Assembly: GCF_006345805.1 (NCBI RefSeq) | Contig: NC_043014.1 | Span: 54,560,001-54,624,000, forward strand | Reading direction: 5' to 3' | DNA from: Octopus sinensis | Lineage: Eukaryota | Length of the DNA stretch: 64,000 nt | Shown here: one piece after another, positions 1 through 14,543 of the stretch | Position numbering within the stretch: the first letter of the stretch is position 1 | How the letters are laid out: every line of letters begins with the position of its first letter | Made by a program: the position numbers and the translations under genes | The notes under the pieces: model-generated | Databases searched by the model: none | Seen by the model: the letters and a program-made list of their open reading frames with translations, nothing else | What the model was told of the DNA's origin: nothing

Positions 1-541
1 TCTTCAACTACATACATACATGCATATTTATATTTATGTGTGTTTGTGTGATCTTTATTTGGGAATTAAGGCTACCATTGGTTTCATGTTAAGAGAAGAA
101 GGAAAATATCTGAGTGTCTTAACAATTTTTCAAGCCAATCACATGGAGATAAGTGTTTGTCTCCATCCTGGAAAACAATATCTATGTGATTGGCTTGAAA
201 AATTGTTTAAAACACTAGGATATTTTCCTGCTTTACTTAACATGAAACCAATGGTTTCACAGATAAAGAAATTATATATCCACCAAGGCAGTGTTGAGCA
301 CTCATTTTCATGGTTCAACATTTAATTATACACACACACTCATATATATATATATATACACATGTATGTATGTATGTATGTATATATATGTGTGCATATA
401 AATTTATATACATATATGTGTATATATTTATGTATAATATATAAATAATATATTAATATATATATACATACACATACATAGATATACATTATACATACAT
501 TGGATTGAGAGAGGTAAGGAGAGAGAGAGAGGGGGGGAGAA

Positions 542-572
<31 letters not shown>

Positions 573-666
573 ATTGTTTAGGAGAAAGAAATCATTTCCT
601 GAGGAGATTTTCTAAGTTCGTGGAGAATGTAAAAGTGAAAGGCGAGGAGGAGGAGGAAGAGGTGCG

Positions 667-700
<34 letters not shown>

Positions 701-860
701 TAGAGAGAGTAGAGTCTAATGTGAAAGGGTGAAAGAAGAGTAAGAGTTGTGTGTCGTATGAAGAGAGGGAAGGAATTAGATAGAAAGATAGATAGATATA
801 CACATACATATATACATACATACATACATACATACATGCATTCATAGACGGACAGACAGG

Positions 861-1248
<388 letters not shown>

Positions 1249-2080
1249 GGGTGATAATAGATAGGAAGAGAGAGGGTGATAATAGATATACAGATCGATG
1301 GATAGATAGACAACTAGAGAAAGAGAGCAATAGATAGATAGATCGATCGATAGAAAGAGAGAGAGAGGGAGAGCGATAGATAGATAGACGGGTAGTGGAT
1401 AGATAGAGTGATAGTTGGAAGATAGAGAGAGAGAGAGATAGAGCGGTAGATAGATCAATAGAAAGACAGACAGACAGACAGATAGATAAACTGTGAGAGG
1501 CTTGAGAGTGTGTGAGAGAATAAAATGAGTGTTAGAGACAGTTCGAAGAGAAAAACAGCAGATGTGTGTGGAACCGAAAGATCAATTTAATGAAGTTAAT
1601 TCGCATTAATGAAGACAAAGGAAGAATTGGGAGAGAAGGAGATTAATGGAGGAAAGAAACCAAACACACACAAACAGACACATGCGCGCCCGCGCGAGCG
1701 TAATTACATGCTCGACTTTAAATATTACATATTCAACTTTTATTTCTTATGTGTGTGTGTGTGTGTGCATATGAATTATGTATGTATATGTGTGTGTATG
1801 TTTGCGTGTGAATGTTTGTGTACGTATATACGTATGTATATATGCAAAACAAATACACAAACGTAATATGTGTGTATGATGATCATGATGATGATGATGG
1901 ATGATATATATATATATATATATTTATTTATCTGTGTGTATCATCGATAGATGTAAATATACACGCACGCACACAGAGTGGGAATAGATAGATATTACGT
2001 TTACAACTTCCGCAATTTATTGTTAAAAATTGTAAAGGTAATTTATGGACACACTCTCTCTCACAATAAATCTAATTCTA

Positions 2081-2096
2081 TATCTATCTATCTATA

Positions 2097-2138
<42 letters not shown>

Positions 2139-2141
2139 GCC

Positions 2142-2206
<65 letters not shown>

Positions 2207-2221
2207 GCCATCTATCTATCT
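2081..2221. repeat. (TATC)n microsatellite, inverted relative to the 861-1247 tract
   Basis: Run of ctat/tatc units. Confidence 0.95.
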
Positions 2222-3288
2222 AGTTAGCTGTGTGCGTGTGTGTGTATAAAGGGAGAGAGAGAGAGAGAAAGAAAGAAAGAAACCGACAGACAAAATACCC
2301 GACTTATTGACTGATTGGTTGGAAAAGAGTTTTGTTATGGCTGAGAGTAGATGAATGTTGTTGGCTGAGCTTAACGAGTAAACAAAGTATTGGGTTTGAT
2401 TTATGAGTGATCAGTCGAATCCCTTTGCTTATATTTGTAATCAATTAATAGGAAGGAATTGTGTCAACGGACGAATCCATCAACCTCAAACATATCAGGC
2501 GAAAGAACGGGGTAAATTAAAGAGGTTCTCCCCCACTCCAGAATTTCCAGAGAGTTATGCTGAAGAAACATAATTATCATAGATTTACACCAGACAAAAC
2601 ATATATCGTATTGCCCCTTGCCCTCTCTCTCCTTCACTCGTCCTCTCTCCTTCCCTTTGGGAAATTCTATCCACAATATTTTTTGTTTTCTAATCGGGAA
2701 ATAAAATGAAAACTTTAAAACGATAATTTCCAGGCACTAAAAATCGATCCGTGCTCGGTTTTACTGCAAATTTGATATTTGAATTTTACGAATCTAATAA
2801 AGGTTTGAGTTTAAACTTAGAATTTATTAAAATAAAGGTCTTTAAAGGAATGGTTTACAAATTTAAATTCTGATCAATTTTTTTACACGAAGTTGATTTG
2901 GTAAATATGAAAAATCAATGTTTCTAAAAAATACAGATTATCCGATGCATAATCCATTATTTAGTAAATGTGTCAGCGCTTAACCGACATCAACATTCCC
3001 AAAAAGCATTGGAATTTCCTGAAAACAATGTATGGCCGCTAGAAATTCCTCGATCAGAGAAAGATCGAAACAAAATATCGACTTCGAAATGGGAAAAATT
3101 TTACGGGAAAATGTTTTAAGCAAGGATTGCCTCCCTTGGTAGAAATAGTTTTCTTTTTTCTTTTATTTGTTTCTTTAACAATCTGAAAATCGTTTGGAGA
3201 GAGGAAAATGGAACGAAGCTAGAGTTTGAATTTATTTATTATTCTTTCTCTTACACTCGTCGTGTTTTCTGCAATAAGGAAATGTTAC

Positions 3289-3460
3289 CTTAACGGCAGC
3301 TAGTCGATTTGCTTCAGTTTTGATTTTCGGGATCATTTTTATAGATGGAACGTGTTTTGCGCTGTCACCGCTTCTAATAATGGCGAGGTGAGAGCTGCTT
3401 GTTGATGTTGTTTTAGAAGAGATTAAACTCCATGCCGAGATAGAGAAATTATATTCAATA
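3289..3460 (-). CDS. Candidate internal exon, unknown product
   Basis: Minus strand: gtattttctccag acceptor, 172 nt open frame (IEYNFSISAW...IPKIKTEANRLAAVK), AAG|GTAACA donor; unique CpG-rich sequence. No family recognised. Confidence 0.25.
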
Positions 3461-4241
3461 CTGGAGAAAATACGGACTCTCCTTTTTCGGAAGTCGATCA
3501 TTTTACACTGCAGCACGTATCTTAATCACCAAATTGAGGCACCGAGGCTGCGTTCAACCCGAAAACACACGCTTTCTTGATATTATATATTTATATTTTT
3601 TATTACTTTCTCATGAAAAACTGTGGCTGAAAAAAGCTCCGCTGCTTTACAACGGGTTTTCTCCTCCTGCTGTTACGACGACGAGGGAGGGTAGCCGTTA
3701 CCGAAACCCTCATTTTCTGCTTTCCCTGGTGAGTTTTACAAAACCTTCCACAACTTCAAAAAAAAAAACCCTCATTAATTGCTTTCTTATTAACTTACCT
3801 CCCCCTCCTCCCAAACCAATTAACACCGTGAGGGGGGAGGCGGGGGAAGCACCTTGCTTCACTCGATTTCCTCATAATTCGCGACTCCTGTTCCCCTTTT
3901 TATTTCTTTGTAATTTCTAACTTGTTTCATGCAGTTCCATATAAAACTATAAACAAATGCTTAAATGAAATTTGTTTATGAAAACCAAAAAAAAAAAAAA
4001 AAAGAATTGTTTTACTAAGTAGGGCGTGTTGTAAGTCTAGCTTTTTCCCAGACCTTGTCGATTGAAATATTTCAAATATCCCTTTACTGCTTAACATTTA
4101 TATCTATGTTTAATGTATGTATGCGGACGTGAGTGTGTGTAAATTGAAGTGCGTTTTGTTTTACCTATAAATGGATGTAAGGGTGTAGAATTCGTATTTG
4201 TTAAAAATAAATTTTTATTCAATGTCGACTTCAATCCTTAC

Positions 4242-4255
4242 CTTACGGTGCAGAC
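4242..4255 (-). CDS. Candidate 14-nt microexon
   Basis: Minus strand tttaaattccttcag|GTCTGCACCGTAAG|gtaagg; phase-compatible with the 3289-3460 exon. Confidence 0.2.
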
Positions 4256-5555
4256 CTGAAGGAATTTAAACTCAGACTTGACCTCTTATTCTTTTTCTTC
4301 TTCTTCTAAATAAATATATCATAACAACAACAATAATAATAATAATAATGATGAGAGGATATCTTCGCTTTCCTAAACAAGGGGGTTTAATTTTGTCATT
4401 TATGGCAGTTTTCAATGTCTGTCTCGGTTCCATTGGGTGGGGGTGTTCAGCTGGGGGAAAAGCGATTCCAGAGAACAACAAAATAAGAGTAAGATGAGAG
4501 AAAATAAAAGGGCCAAAGATTTCGGATAAAATCTATTAAAGCTTCCGATCTCAACCTTCCACCAAACACACAGGAATAACAAAAGAGAGAAAGAAAAATC
4601 TAACACGGAATATCGTGGTGAAATTTTGTTTTGCGATTTTTAACTCTGAGATCGAACGAACCTCATTGATTGGTTTTTACAACCATAACAAGTAAGGCCT
4701 TCTTCTATAGGAAAATCATCATCATTCCCATAATCCTGATTCTGTTATTTCGGTACCAAAATATTTCTGATTTATTCAATTATCCCCGAACACTGTTCCT
4801 ACCAATTTTTTAATATTTAAAATGATTATTTTTCAGTCTTCTGTTCGCTCATTATGTACATTTTAGATTTCTTTTTATTTGTAAAAGGAGAAAAAAAAAT
4901 CCTCCGGAGCCCACGGAATTTCACGCTGTTTACAAGCTTACATATTTGTTAAACACCTTAAAAACCCTCACCTATTTTTAAAAATTATATATCCAAATAC
5001 ATAGCGGAAAATACAATATATTTTATAAGATCTGATCATCTTTTCCCTCCTATATGTATATGAGTTCCCATTTGTAACAGAGAAATAGTGCGGGGTTTCT
5101 CTTCCGTTTATTTGGGTTTATTTGTGTTGTTGTTCCACGGATAATATATGTAGTCGGAAGACACACACACACACACTCCATATATTTTTTTTTCATTTAG
5201 CGATTAGAAGAGAATAAATATCGTTTATTTTAGGAGACAAATTACAGATACACAGTTTATATGTGTACACATAAGTACATACAAATACGCATATATATAT
5301 ATATATTTATGCTCACATACATACACACATATACGTGTGTGTATTCTTAGATATGTATATTGATGTTTATATATATATATATATGTATATAGACATATAT
5401 ATGTAATTATATATGTAGATATGCGTATTTGTGTGTGCGTATATACACACAAACATCTTCCTCCTCATTATTTTACGTTCTCTTTCCATGTTGACATGGG
5501 TTGGACGGGTATGTATTTATACACATACATATATATATATGTATATTTACGTGTT

Positions 5556-5599
<44 letters not shown>

Positions 5600-5689
5600 T
5601 ACGATTTAAAGTAAACTGTGTTTTAAGCCTACAGGTCTATTAAAACTGGATCTAATCCTGTTTTCTAAGCAACTGAGAATTTAAAAAAA

Positions 5690-5882
5690 TTACCTCCTGG
5701 ACAGGACGAGAGTCCTTCACAGGCTTACCTTCACCCAGCTAATCTGCCATTGGTACTCATTTACAGCTGAGCGGACCGAAGCAGCGTTGAATGAAGTGTC
5801 TTGCCCAAGGGCAGTGTGCTGTCTGCTCAAAGACCTAATGATTGTGAGTCCAAAGACCAAATCATTAGACCTCACACCACTT
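5690..5882 (-). mobile_element. Degenerate SINE with CORE/V-domain-like segments
   Basis: Minus strand cccttgggcaagacacttca...cagctgtaaatgagtacc...cctgtgaaggactctcgtcctgtccagg resembles CORE and V-SINE motifs (recalled, not searched). Confidence 0.45.
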
Positions 5883-5914
5883 ACAATACGCACATACACT
5901 ATTATACATGTGTG

Positions 5915-5977
<63 letters not shown>

Positions 5978-6360
5978 TCAATTTACATGTGTGTAAATAT
6001 ATGTACACGGGTAATATGATTATGTATGCATACATGTGTTTATATATGCATTAGCAAACAAACGTTCACATCTGTCTGTATATGAACACGTATACAAGCA
6101 TATACATGTACGTATGTACACGTATAGAGGTGTATGCGTGAGCACACATTTCTATCGATATGCATATATTTGTGTGTGAAATATATATTTAAAGTATTGA
6201 ACACTTAATTATATGAAAACCTTGTTTGTATATGTTTATATTGTGTATGTGTGTGTAAATATATTTGTATGCTAATATATTTGTAAATTTACGTGTATGT
6301 TTAACTGTACATGCCCGTGTATATATTGATACACGTAGAAATATATTTTATTTTTCTTTC

Positions 6361-6382
6361 ATATGTGTGTGTATATATATAC

Positions 6383-6413
<31 letters not shown>

Positions 6414-6478
6414 CATATATGTATATATATATATACACATACATACATATATATACACACATACATACATATATATAT

Positions 6479-6525
<47 letters not shown>

Positions 6526-6662
6526 TATATATATACACATATATATACACACATACATATATATATATATACACACATACATATACATATATATACACAC
6601 ACATACATATATATATACACACATACATATATATATACACACATACATATATATATATATAT

Positions 6663-6730
<68 letters not shown>
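6361..6730. repeat. Compound (TA)/(CA) microsatellite
   Basis: tatatacacacatacata units; source of six overlapping spurious ORFs. Confidence 0.95.
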
Positions 6731-6731
<1 letters not shown>

Positions 6732-7499
6732 AAACATTCTCTCGGAGTTTAATATGCATATACAAGTGACATTTTAAATAAATAGCTTAAAATCTTGTTT
6801 TCCATCACACGGTCAAAAATATAATAATAGTAATTATAATCGGGCTTAAACCATACAAGATTTCGTGTAAATATTTCATTTCATCTATTTGTGATGTGTG
6901 AATGATGGCAAATAATAGAGATCGGAGTAAAATGTGTTAAATGCGTGTCTCGAAGCCCGCCATGCTGTTCAGTGGAAAGTCGCTTCCACAAAACCCTCTT
7001 TCTTTCGCTCTCCAAGATAGAATTTACGAGGTTGCATATTTTAATATTTTCACATGGAATGGCCATTTCACCTCCACCCCGCCAACATTCTCGGTATTTT
7101 TTCTTTTTTCTTTTTTTATTTCTCGGTTCATTCTTCGCAACAAGAGCGTCTAGCCGTCTTTACAAACACACACACACACCCACACACAACACTAATAATC
7201 AGATGCCCATGTGTTACAACACACGTTTCTTGTTCGCTTTTACTATTCACTATTTTCCGTGTTGTGAGTGGAGTGAGTGATTGATTGATTGATTGATTGA
7301 GGCTTGGTGAGTGCGCGTTTGAGTGACAGAGAAAGGGAGGTAGGGAGGAGGGTGAGTGAATGATTGAGTGACAGAGAAAGGGAGGGAGGGAGGGTGAGTG
7401 AGAGAGAGAGACTGACTGAGAAAGGGAGGGGGAGTGAGGGAGAAGCAAAGTAAATTAATAATGTAGGTGCGCGTTTAAATAAACGTAGTATATAAATGT

Positions 7500-7740
7500 G
7501 TGTGTGTTTATATATAATTCTATATATATATATATGTGTGTGTGTGTGTATATAATTCTATATATATGTGTGTGTGTGTGGTGTGTGTGTTATATAATTC
7601 TATATATATATGTGTGTGTGTGTGTGTATATATAATTCTATATATATATGTGTGTGTGTGTTTATATATAATGCTATATATATATGTGTGTGTGTGTGTG
7701 TATATATAATTCTATATATATGTGCGTGTGTGTGTATAAA
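7500..7740. repeat. Minisatellite of ~35-45 bp units
   Basis: About 6-7 copies of tatataattcta(ta)n(tg)n. Confidence 0.85.
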
Positions 7741-8694
7741 TTATAAAAAGATTTCTTCATGAAAAACGGAACATAAAGCGATCTTTTCCTTTTACGAGTT
7801 TAAATGTGCGTGAAAAAATCAGAGAGGTATATATATATATACATATATATACATAAGATATTGACCCAAAATAAAATACTATACACTGCATTTATATATT
7901 CAATTTTTGATCGAAAATTCACAAGATATATATATATAATATATAGACATAATATATATATGTGTGTGTGTGTATTTATGGTAGATAGATTTTAAAGATT
8001 TAGTCAAAGGTGCACCGATCTTTATTTGGAACAAGGAAGTGATCGGAAAATCTTCATGGTTCTCTGGTATTTTTACCCCGCTCCTTTTTCTTTTTTTTTT
8101 TCTGACTTCTCTCCGTCACTAAATCTAACGAAACCGTACTCATGGCTACATGGCGTGGTCCACACCCCTCAAACACAAATACTACATTCACGAACCGTAG
8201 TATATGATATTTTTCCTTCACCAACAACGATGTGTTTGTTTAGGCTTCTGCTCTTTTTCCTTTCACACCCTTTTGTCAAAGTGATCGGCTTTCGATCTAT
8301 TACGATCCTGTTTGTTGCTTCTTAGATTATTATTATTATTATTATTTATTTATTTCTTTTTCCATTCCACTCCCTCTTACAATGAACAGAACTGATTCTA
8401 TATCGATCCCTCTTTTCAGACAATTACTTTCACATCCAAGATACATTAGATTCGCTGTGTGCGTGTTTTGTTGTCTAGATTCTATTCTAACCCTGCACGT
8501 ATACAACACATGTGTATATGTTATACACATAGCTGTGTGTATAATTTATTAACGAGCCATTTGTATTTTTTTCTCTTAATTTTCAGATGAGATCGGAAAG
8601 TTCAATTTCTGCTTGGCTCTCGCTATTTTTCTACCGTTTTATATACACATTTTTATTTCATATGCACTTCTCCAAACCAACGAGTGTATATGTG

Positions 8695-8751
<57 letters not shown>

Positions 8752-9703
8752 TCATTTATAATTTACTCTATATAATGTATTCTCGATCTATGCATAATAC
8801 AATTCGTTGTATGTAGATATTAATAATTTAATATGAGTGTCTGTGTGTATATATTATAATTAATTATGGTGTGTGTTTTTATACACACTCATATATACAA
8901 ACACATGAGTCTATGTGTAATACGCGCGCATACACACACACGCACATACGAACGCATGTTTATAACATTGAGTTTGTCTACATACATTACATATATACAT
9001 AATTAACTTTGCCTCCATCCGTCCATGTATGTTTGTGTGTGTGTTTGTGAAGATGTTACGATGTGAGTGCTCTGAGGTTCAATTTACGCACAACACGCCG
9101 TTATAATTACGCACGTCGTCACACACACGTATATATCTGGTGTGTGTGCGTACGTGGTGTATAATGCTCGGAGTTTGCATATACTTAACACACACGTGTA
9201 ACACACAACGCATGTGTTTTCCACAAATACACACGTAGGAGTAAACGCAGGATTTTATGTATACAATTTTCTATATCGAGAAGAGATAATTGTTCGACAC
9301 ATTCAGGCGTAATATATACATACACACACACATATATATATATATATGTAGGTACACACGCATACTCACACAATTTGTTGTGCCCAAGTGTAGATTTATT
9401 CATTAGACCTCTGATAAAAAAAAAAAAACGTCGATTAAAACAGTCCGCATCCCATCTTTTATTCAGGCATAGTCTAGCTAAGTCTACATTACCCAAATGT
9501 GTAACCTTTTCTTCTTTTTTAAGACTGCAGGGTGTGGTTTTAGGGAGTTCGTTGTTATTTCTAGCTCATCAAGCACCTGCATCATTGGCTACACACACAC
9601 ACACACTCTTTATTCACACGCAGAAATATGTATAAATATATCTATTAAAATATATATATATATACATACATACATATATACATACACTCACACACATACT
9701 TAT

Positions 9704-9746
<43 letters not shown>

Positions 9747-10019
9747 TATATATACGTATTTGTATATATATGTTGTGCACGTGTTGTGTGTGTGTGTGTG
9801 CGTGTATTCGGCAAATGTTTCTGGGAATAAAGCTTTTATTAGGGGGGCACTGAGAACAGTTTTTTCCCTTATTTCATAGACCTTCTCCTGGATAGTACGC
9901 CAGTCCCTTCTTAACGTGTAACTCTAACATTTGTTGTTGACACAGAGAAACTTATTAGCATTCACAGATCTGTCTCTTTATCTAATGTGTAGGCATGTGT
10001 GTGTGTGTGTGTGTGTTGT

Positions 10020-10370
10020 CTTCATGGCCGTGTGGCAAGAAGTTTGTTTTCCAACCACAAGATCTTCGGTTCAGTCCCATTGTGTGACACCCTGGGGCGA
10101 GTGTCCTCTAATATAGGCCTTAAGCCAACCAAGGCCTTGTAAGTGGATTTAGTAGATGGAAACTGAAAGAAGCCCGCCTTGTGTGTCTGTGTTTGCCCCC
10201 CCTCCTGCTTCACAACCGGTGTTGGTTTGTTTATGTCTGTATGGCTTAGTACTTCTGCAAAAGAGACTGATAGAATAAGTACCAGACTCCAAAAAATAAG
10301 TACAGGGGTTGATTTGTTTGCCTAAAGTTCTTTGAGGCGGTGCTCCAGCATGGCAACGGTCTGATGAACA
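10020..10370 (+). mobile_element. SINE family A (tRNA-like head, CORE-like body), degraded
   Basis: Matches the 24201 and 62183 copies: ggttcagtccca, aaactgaaagaagccc, ggcggtgctccagcatgg. Confidence 0.8.
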
Positions 10371-10869
10371 TCATCATCACCATTTAACATCTGTTTTCTC
10401 ATGCTGTCATGGGTTGGACAGCCGAAGGTCTACACCAAGTTCCAGTGTCTGCTCCAACATAACTTCTACATCTGGACACCTCTCTGAAGGCTCCAGCTGC
10501 TTCACATAATGTACTGGATGGTTTTTGTAGCGGCACTGGCACTGGGGATGTCACCCAGGTCCTATAAGACAAGATTCCTCAACCGAGTGGAATATAGTAA
10601 TGAGGGATACAAAAATATGATGGGGAGGCAGGAGTGAGAGTCTTGCTGAAGAGGTGGATACATGGCTTCCTCACCTGGAAAGAAAGAGAGAGCGAGAGAG
10701 AGGCGGGATGTGAGGTTAAGGTACAAAGTGGATAGGAAAGGGAGAACAGGGTAAAGGAACAGAAACGTGTGGGTGGGTCAGTGCAAGCAGTAGGGTGTGT
10801 AAAGAGTGTACTCACACACTTACAAAGGCCCTTGAGTTGAGGGCTGTTTGTGTTGCAAGTTGCTTAGTG

Positions 10870-11050
10870 ACCCCACTGGTGCTGGTGCCACATAAGAAGC
10901 ACTCAGTACATTCTTTAAAGGGGTTGGTGTTAGGAAGGGCAGTGTCCAGCTGTTGAAAGCATGGAGCCGTCCTCTAGCCTATTAGCTTCTGTCAAACAGT
11001 CCAACCCATGCCAGAATAGAAGATGGCCATCGAATGATAATGATGATGAT
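10870..11050 (+). mobile_element. SINE family C ((GAT)n-tailed, RTE-like 3' end)
   Basis: gtgctggtgccacataagaagcac...ggttggtgttaggaagggc...tccaacccatgccag...(gat)n. Confidence 0.75.
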
Positions 11051-11094
11051 TATTAACTTGGATGAATATACCTGTGTATGAATATTTATAAACG

Positions 11095-11300
11095 TCATCA
11101 TCATAATCATTTACCATCTGTTTTCCATGCTGGTATGGGTTGACCAATTTGACAGAATCTGTCAAGCAGCAAGATTGCATTGAGATCCAATGTCATCTTC
11201 AGCATGGTTTCTATGGCTCGTTATCCTTCCTAACGCCAACCACTTCACAGAGGCTGTACTGGCTGCTTTTTCTTTTTTTTGTGCCACCTGCACTAATGAG
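11095..11300 (-). mobile_element. SINE family C copy, tail-to-tail with the 10870 copy
   Basis: catcatcat...ttttccatgctggtatgggttg...ccttcctaacgccaaccac. Confidence 0.75.
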
Positions 11301-11629
11301 GTTAGCAAATAACTTGCAAAACTGGCAAAGAAGAGGGAAGAGCCTCCTTGATAGGGGATGGCATGGATTGAATGGAACTCCTTGAAGCAGTATTCTACAA
11401 TTGGATGCCCTTCCTGATGCCAACCCTTAACCATTTTCTTCAAACTACATTTCCATGGTTTTTGCATAATGAGATGGGAGCTATGTGGAGTACAAATACC
11501 AGTTACACAATGGTGTAAATGTGGACACACAGCGAGGCTAACATATGTATGCATACTTTGGCAAATATGTATAACAATAATAATAATAATAATAATAATA
11601 ATCCTTTCTACTATAGGTACAAGGCCTGA

Positions 11630-11806
11630 AATTATGAGGGAGGGGACCAGTTGATTACATCGACCCCAATGTGCAGCTGGTACTTTATCGACCCTAAAAG
11701 GATGAAAGCAAAGTTGACCTTTATGGAACTTGATCTCAAATCATAAAGTCTGACAGAATGCCCCTAAGCATTTTGTCCAGCAAGTTAACAGTTCTGTCAG
11801 CTCACC

Positions 11807-11810
<4 letters not shown>
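11630..11810 (-). mobile_element. SINE family B (Nin/Deu-like domain), partial
   Basis: gattacatcgacccca...tggtactttatcgacccta aaaggatgaaag is the reverse complement of the family B core. Confidence 0.7.
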
Positions 11811-11841
<31 letters not shown>

Positions 11842-11859
11842 GAGCTTCAGCAGCATCAT

Positions 11860-12110
11860 CATCATCATCGTTTAACGTCCACTTTCCATGCTAGCATGGG
11901 TTGGACGGTTAGACTGTGGGCTGGCGAACCAGATGGCTGCACCAGGCTCCAGTCTTGATCTGGCAGAGTTTCTAACGCCAACCACCCCGAGAGTGTAGTG
12001 GGTGCTTTTACGTGCTACCGGTACAAGGGCCAGTCAGAAAGTACTGGCAGTGACCTCGCTTGAATTTTTTTTTTTTACACATACCAACGGCACAGGTGCC
12101 AGTAAGGCGA
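11860..12110 (-). mobile_element. SINE family C with two head modules
   Basis: (cat)n tail, ccatgctagcatgggttggacgg, gggtgcttttacgtgc, plus a second degenerate module at ~12065-12100. Confidence 0.85.
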
Positions 12111-12329
12111 CAATACTCAGGTGCACCACAACTCATTAAAAGAAGAGACAGCAACAATAGAAGTCAAGTAAAGAAAGACATCTATGAAAGCTAGAAGCAC
12201 ATGTGGAGTGGACAAAAAAAAAATGCAAAAATGGGGAAAGGTGAAGTTTAAAAGAACCATAATGAGGAAAGGGTGCACAGGTATATCAGGAGTATTGTTG
12301 AAGAATTTTGGGAAGCCTGGAATTTTTGA

Positions 12330-12475
12330 AGAGTGGTTGGCATTAGGAAGGGCATCCAGCTGTAGGAACACTGCCAGATCAGACTGGAGCCTGGTGCAGC
12401 CTCTCCTGGCTTCCCAGATCCCGGTCGAACCCTCCAACACGGGCTAGCACGTTAAACGACGATGATGATGATGCA
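12330..12475 (+). mobile_element. SINE family C, 3' part
   Basis: gagtggttggcattaggaagggcatccagctgtag...(gat)n. Confidence 0.85.
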
Positions 12476-13024
12476 ATGCCCTGTCAGCTAACAACTGACC
12501 TGGATAGTTTATTCCATTTCCACATCACCATCTTATGTCCATTTTCCATGCTAGCATGGGTTAGGCCAATTCAACAGGGTTTAATAGGCCAGAAGAAAAT
12601 GTCTTAAGTACTGGTATTATTTTCATGACACCAGTGGTGGAGAGGTTGCCTTCTCCTAAAGAAAACTAAAGAACCCGCTCAAGCCCTGTGTTGCTGTTCA
12701 GTTTGAATCCATACACAGATATACTGCATGCTTTTGTTCTGGAACCACCAATAATGGTGTCACCCTGGAGCAAGCAAGGCAAAAGGGAGCATTCATGATG
12801 GAAAGGGTACAAGTTGAAATGCAATGGTCAAAATGTGTTTTTTATTGTGGGGTTGGTTGAGGAAAGAAGGATAGTGTTAGGAAGGGATCAGGAGTGAGAT
12901 TAGTGTGAAAGAAGGAGAGGATACAGTAAGGGTAATGGGGTGAATTAAATAAGGGGACACAGGGCACTCCCATTATATATATATATATATACATCATTAT
13001 TCTATGTTTACTCCCTCCACATAC

Positions 13025-13175
13025 ACATCATCATCGTTTAACGTCTGTTTTCCGTGCTGACATGGGTTGGACGGTTCGACTGGGATCTGGGAAGCCAGGA
13101 GGCTGCACCAGGCTCCAGTCTAATCTAGCAGAGTTTCTACAGCTGGATGCCTTTCCTAACGCCAACCACTCCATG
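13025..13175 (-). mobile_element. SINE family C, 3' part
   Basis: catcatcgtttaacgtc...ggatgcctttcctaacgccaaccac. Confidence 0.85.
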
Positions 13176-13299
13176 AGTTTGTGAATGCTTTAACAGGAGA
13201 CTGTGTGTGGCACCATGGGCCACACATTGAGATTGAATCCAGTCTATGTGGTTGTGTTACAGCCATGCACACACATAACTACATATTATATAATGTATA

Positions 13300-13330
<31 letters not shown>

Positions 13331-13784
13331 TATATACACACACACACATATACATGTATGATAGTCGTCGTCATTTTAATGTCCACTTTTCCCTGTTTGT
13401 TTGGGTAAAATGGAATTAAAGTAGATTCCATACAGCCAGATGTCCTTCCTGTTGCCATCCCTCAACAGTTTCCCCCTAAGGGCTGAACAGGTCTCCATGG
13501 TAGATTGGAACGAACACAGCTTGCATGATGGTGATGTTTGTTTAGATTTATCATAGTGTTGAGACAAGAACACTCACATGCACATGGATGGCAACACACA
13601 CACACACACACAGAGGCTTCTTTCAGTTTCCTCCTACCAAATCTTCTTGAACAATTCAAAACTGTAGTAGAAGACACTTGCAGTGGAACTGACCTTAAAA
13701 CCTTGTGGTTCGAAAGCAATTAACCACACAGCTTTGCCTGTGTTGTACATATGTGTGTGTGTATACACATACATACATATATCA

Positions 13785-13970
13785 TCATCATCATCATTTA
13801 ATGTCCATTTTCCATGCTGGCATGGGTTGTACGGTTTGACAGAAGCTGCTCTAAGCTCCAGTTGTCTGTTTTGGCATGGTTTCTACAACCGGATGCCCTT
13901 CCTAATGCCAACCACTTTGCAGAGTGTATTGGATGCTTTTTATGTGGCGCCTGCACTGGTGCCACATATG
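13785..13970 (-). mobile_element. SINE family C
   Basis: (cat)n...ggatgcccttcctaatgccaaccac...tttttatgtggcgcc. Confidence 0.8.
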
Positions 13971-14322
13971 TGACACAGACCTGGGTGTTATTTACATGGC
14001 GCACCCCCCCCACATATATATAATAAGAAAACAAAGAAAGACGTTGACACACGTCTTCCTTTGTCTTCCTCTTTTGGATTATATTTCACTCATCACTAAA
14101 CCCACACAACAGGTTTACCAAAATGAAACCTGCGTTTCTACACTTGAAGAATTTTAACATTAGTCTGGAATCCGATAACCTAAAACTCAGATTGGGAGCT
14201 GCATTGACAATACCCTACCATTCTATCCTCCCAGGGCCTTTATATATATATATATATATATATAGAAATATGTACTTACATACAGACCAAAAAGGGTACA
14301 GGCGCCACTATATATATATATG

Positions 14323-14543
14323 TATGTATATGTAAAAAAATACAAACTGGGACAAGAATGCAAAACATTTAGAAGACGATACAAAAAACACGGACGGGAC
14401 ATTCGAAGCCTTCAATCTTCAGTCAAGAACCGGATCATCCTCGCAATTTCGCCTGATTATTAATGTCCCGTCCGTGTTTTTTGTATCATCTTCTAAATGT
14501 TTTGCGTTCTTGTCCCAGTTTGTATTTTTTTTACATATACATA
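14323..14543. mobile_element. Fold-back element, Penelope-like terminus in inverted duplicate
   Basis: ~80 bp arms (14323-14403 and 14462-14543) differing mainly by two CpG-type changes; the spacer reads ctgaagattgaaggcttcgaa on the minus strand. Confidence 0.65.

Noticed and set aside
2452-3120. Plus-strand acceptor-like sites followed by short protein-like frames (e.g. GRNCVNGRIHQ..AEET*, DYPMHNPLFSKCVSA*), hinting at alternative last exons
   Set aside because: Weak acceptors, no upstream exon in the window, and such short frames arise readily by chance.
4272-4481. ORF resembling a type II membrane protein N-terminus (PLIIIIIIIVVVMIYLF-RRRR)
   Set aside because: The hydrophobic run comes from (AAT)n/(AAC)n repeats and the frame stops before any donor.
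6265-6769. Six overlapping YI/HT-rich ORFs (also 41422-43497)
   Set aside because: Compound TA/CA microsatellites lack stop codons in several frames.
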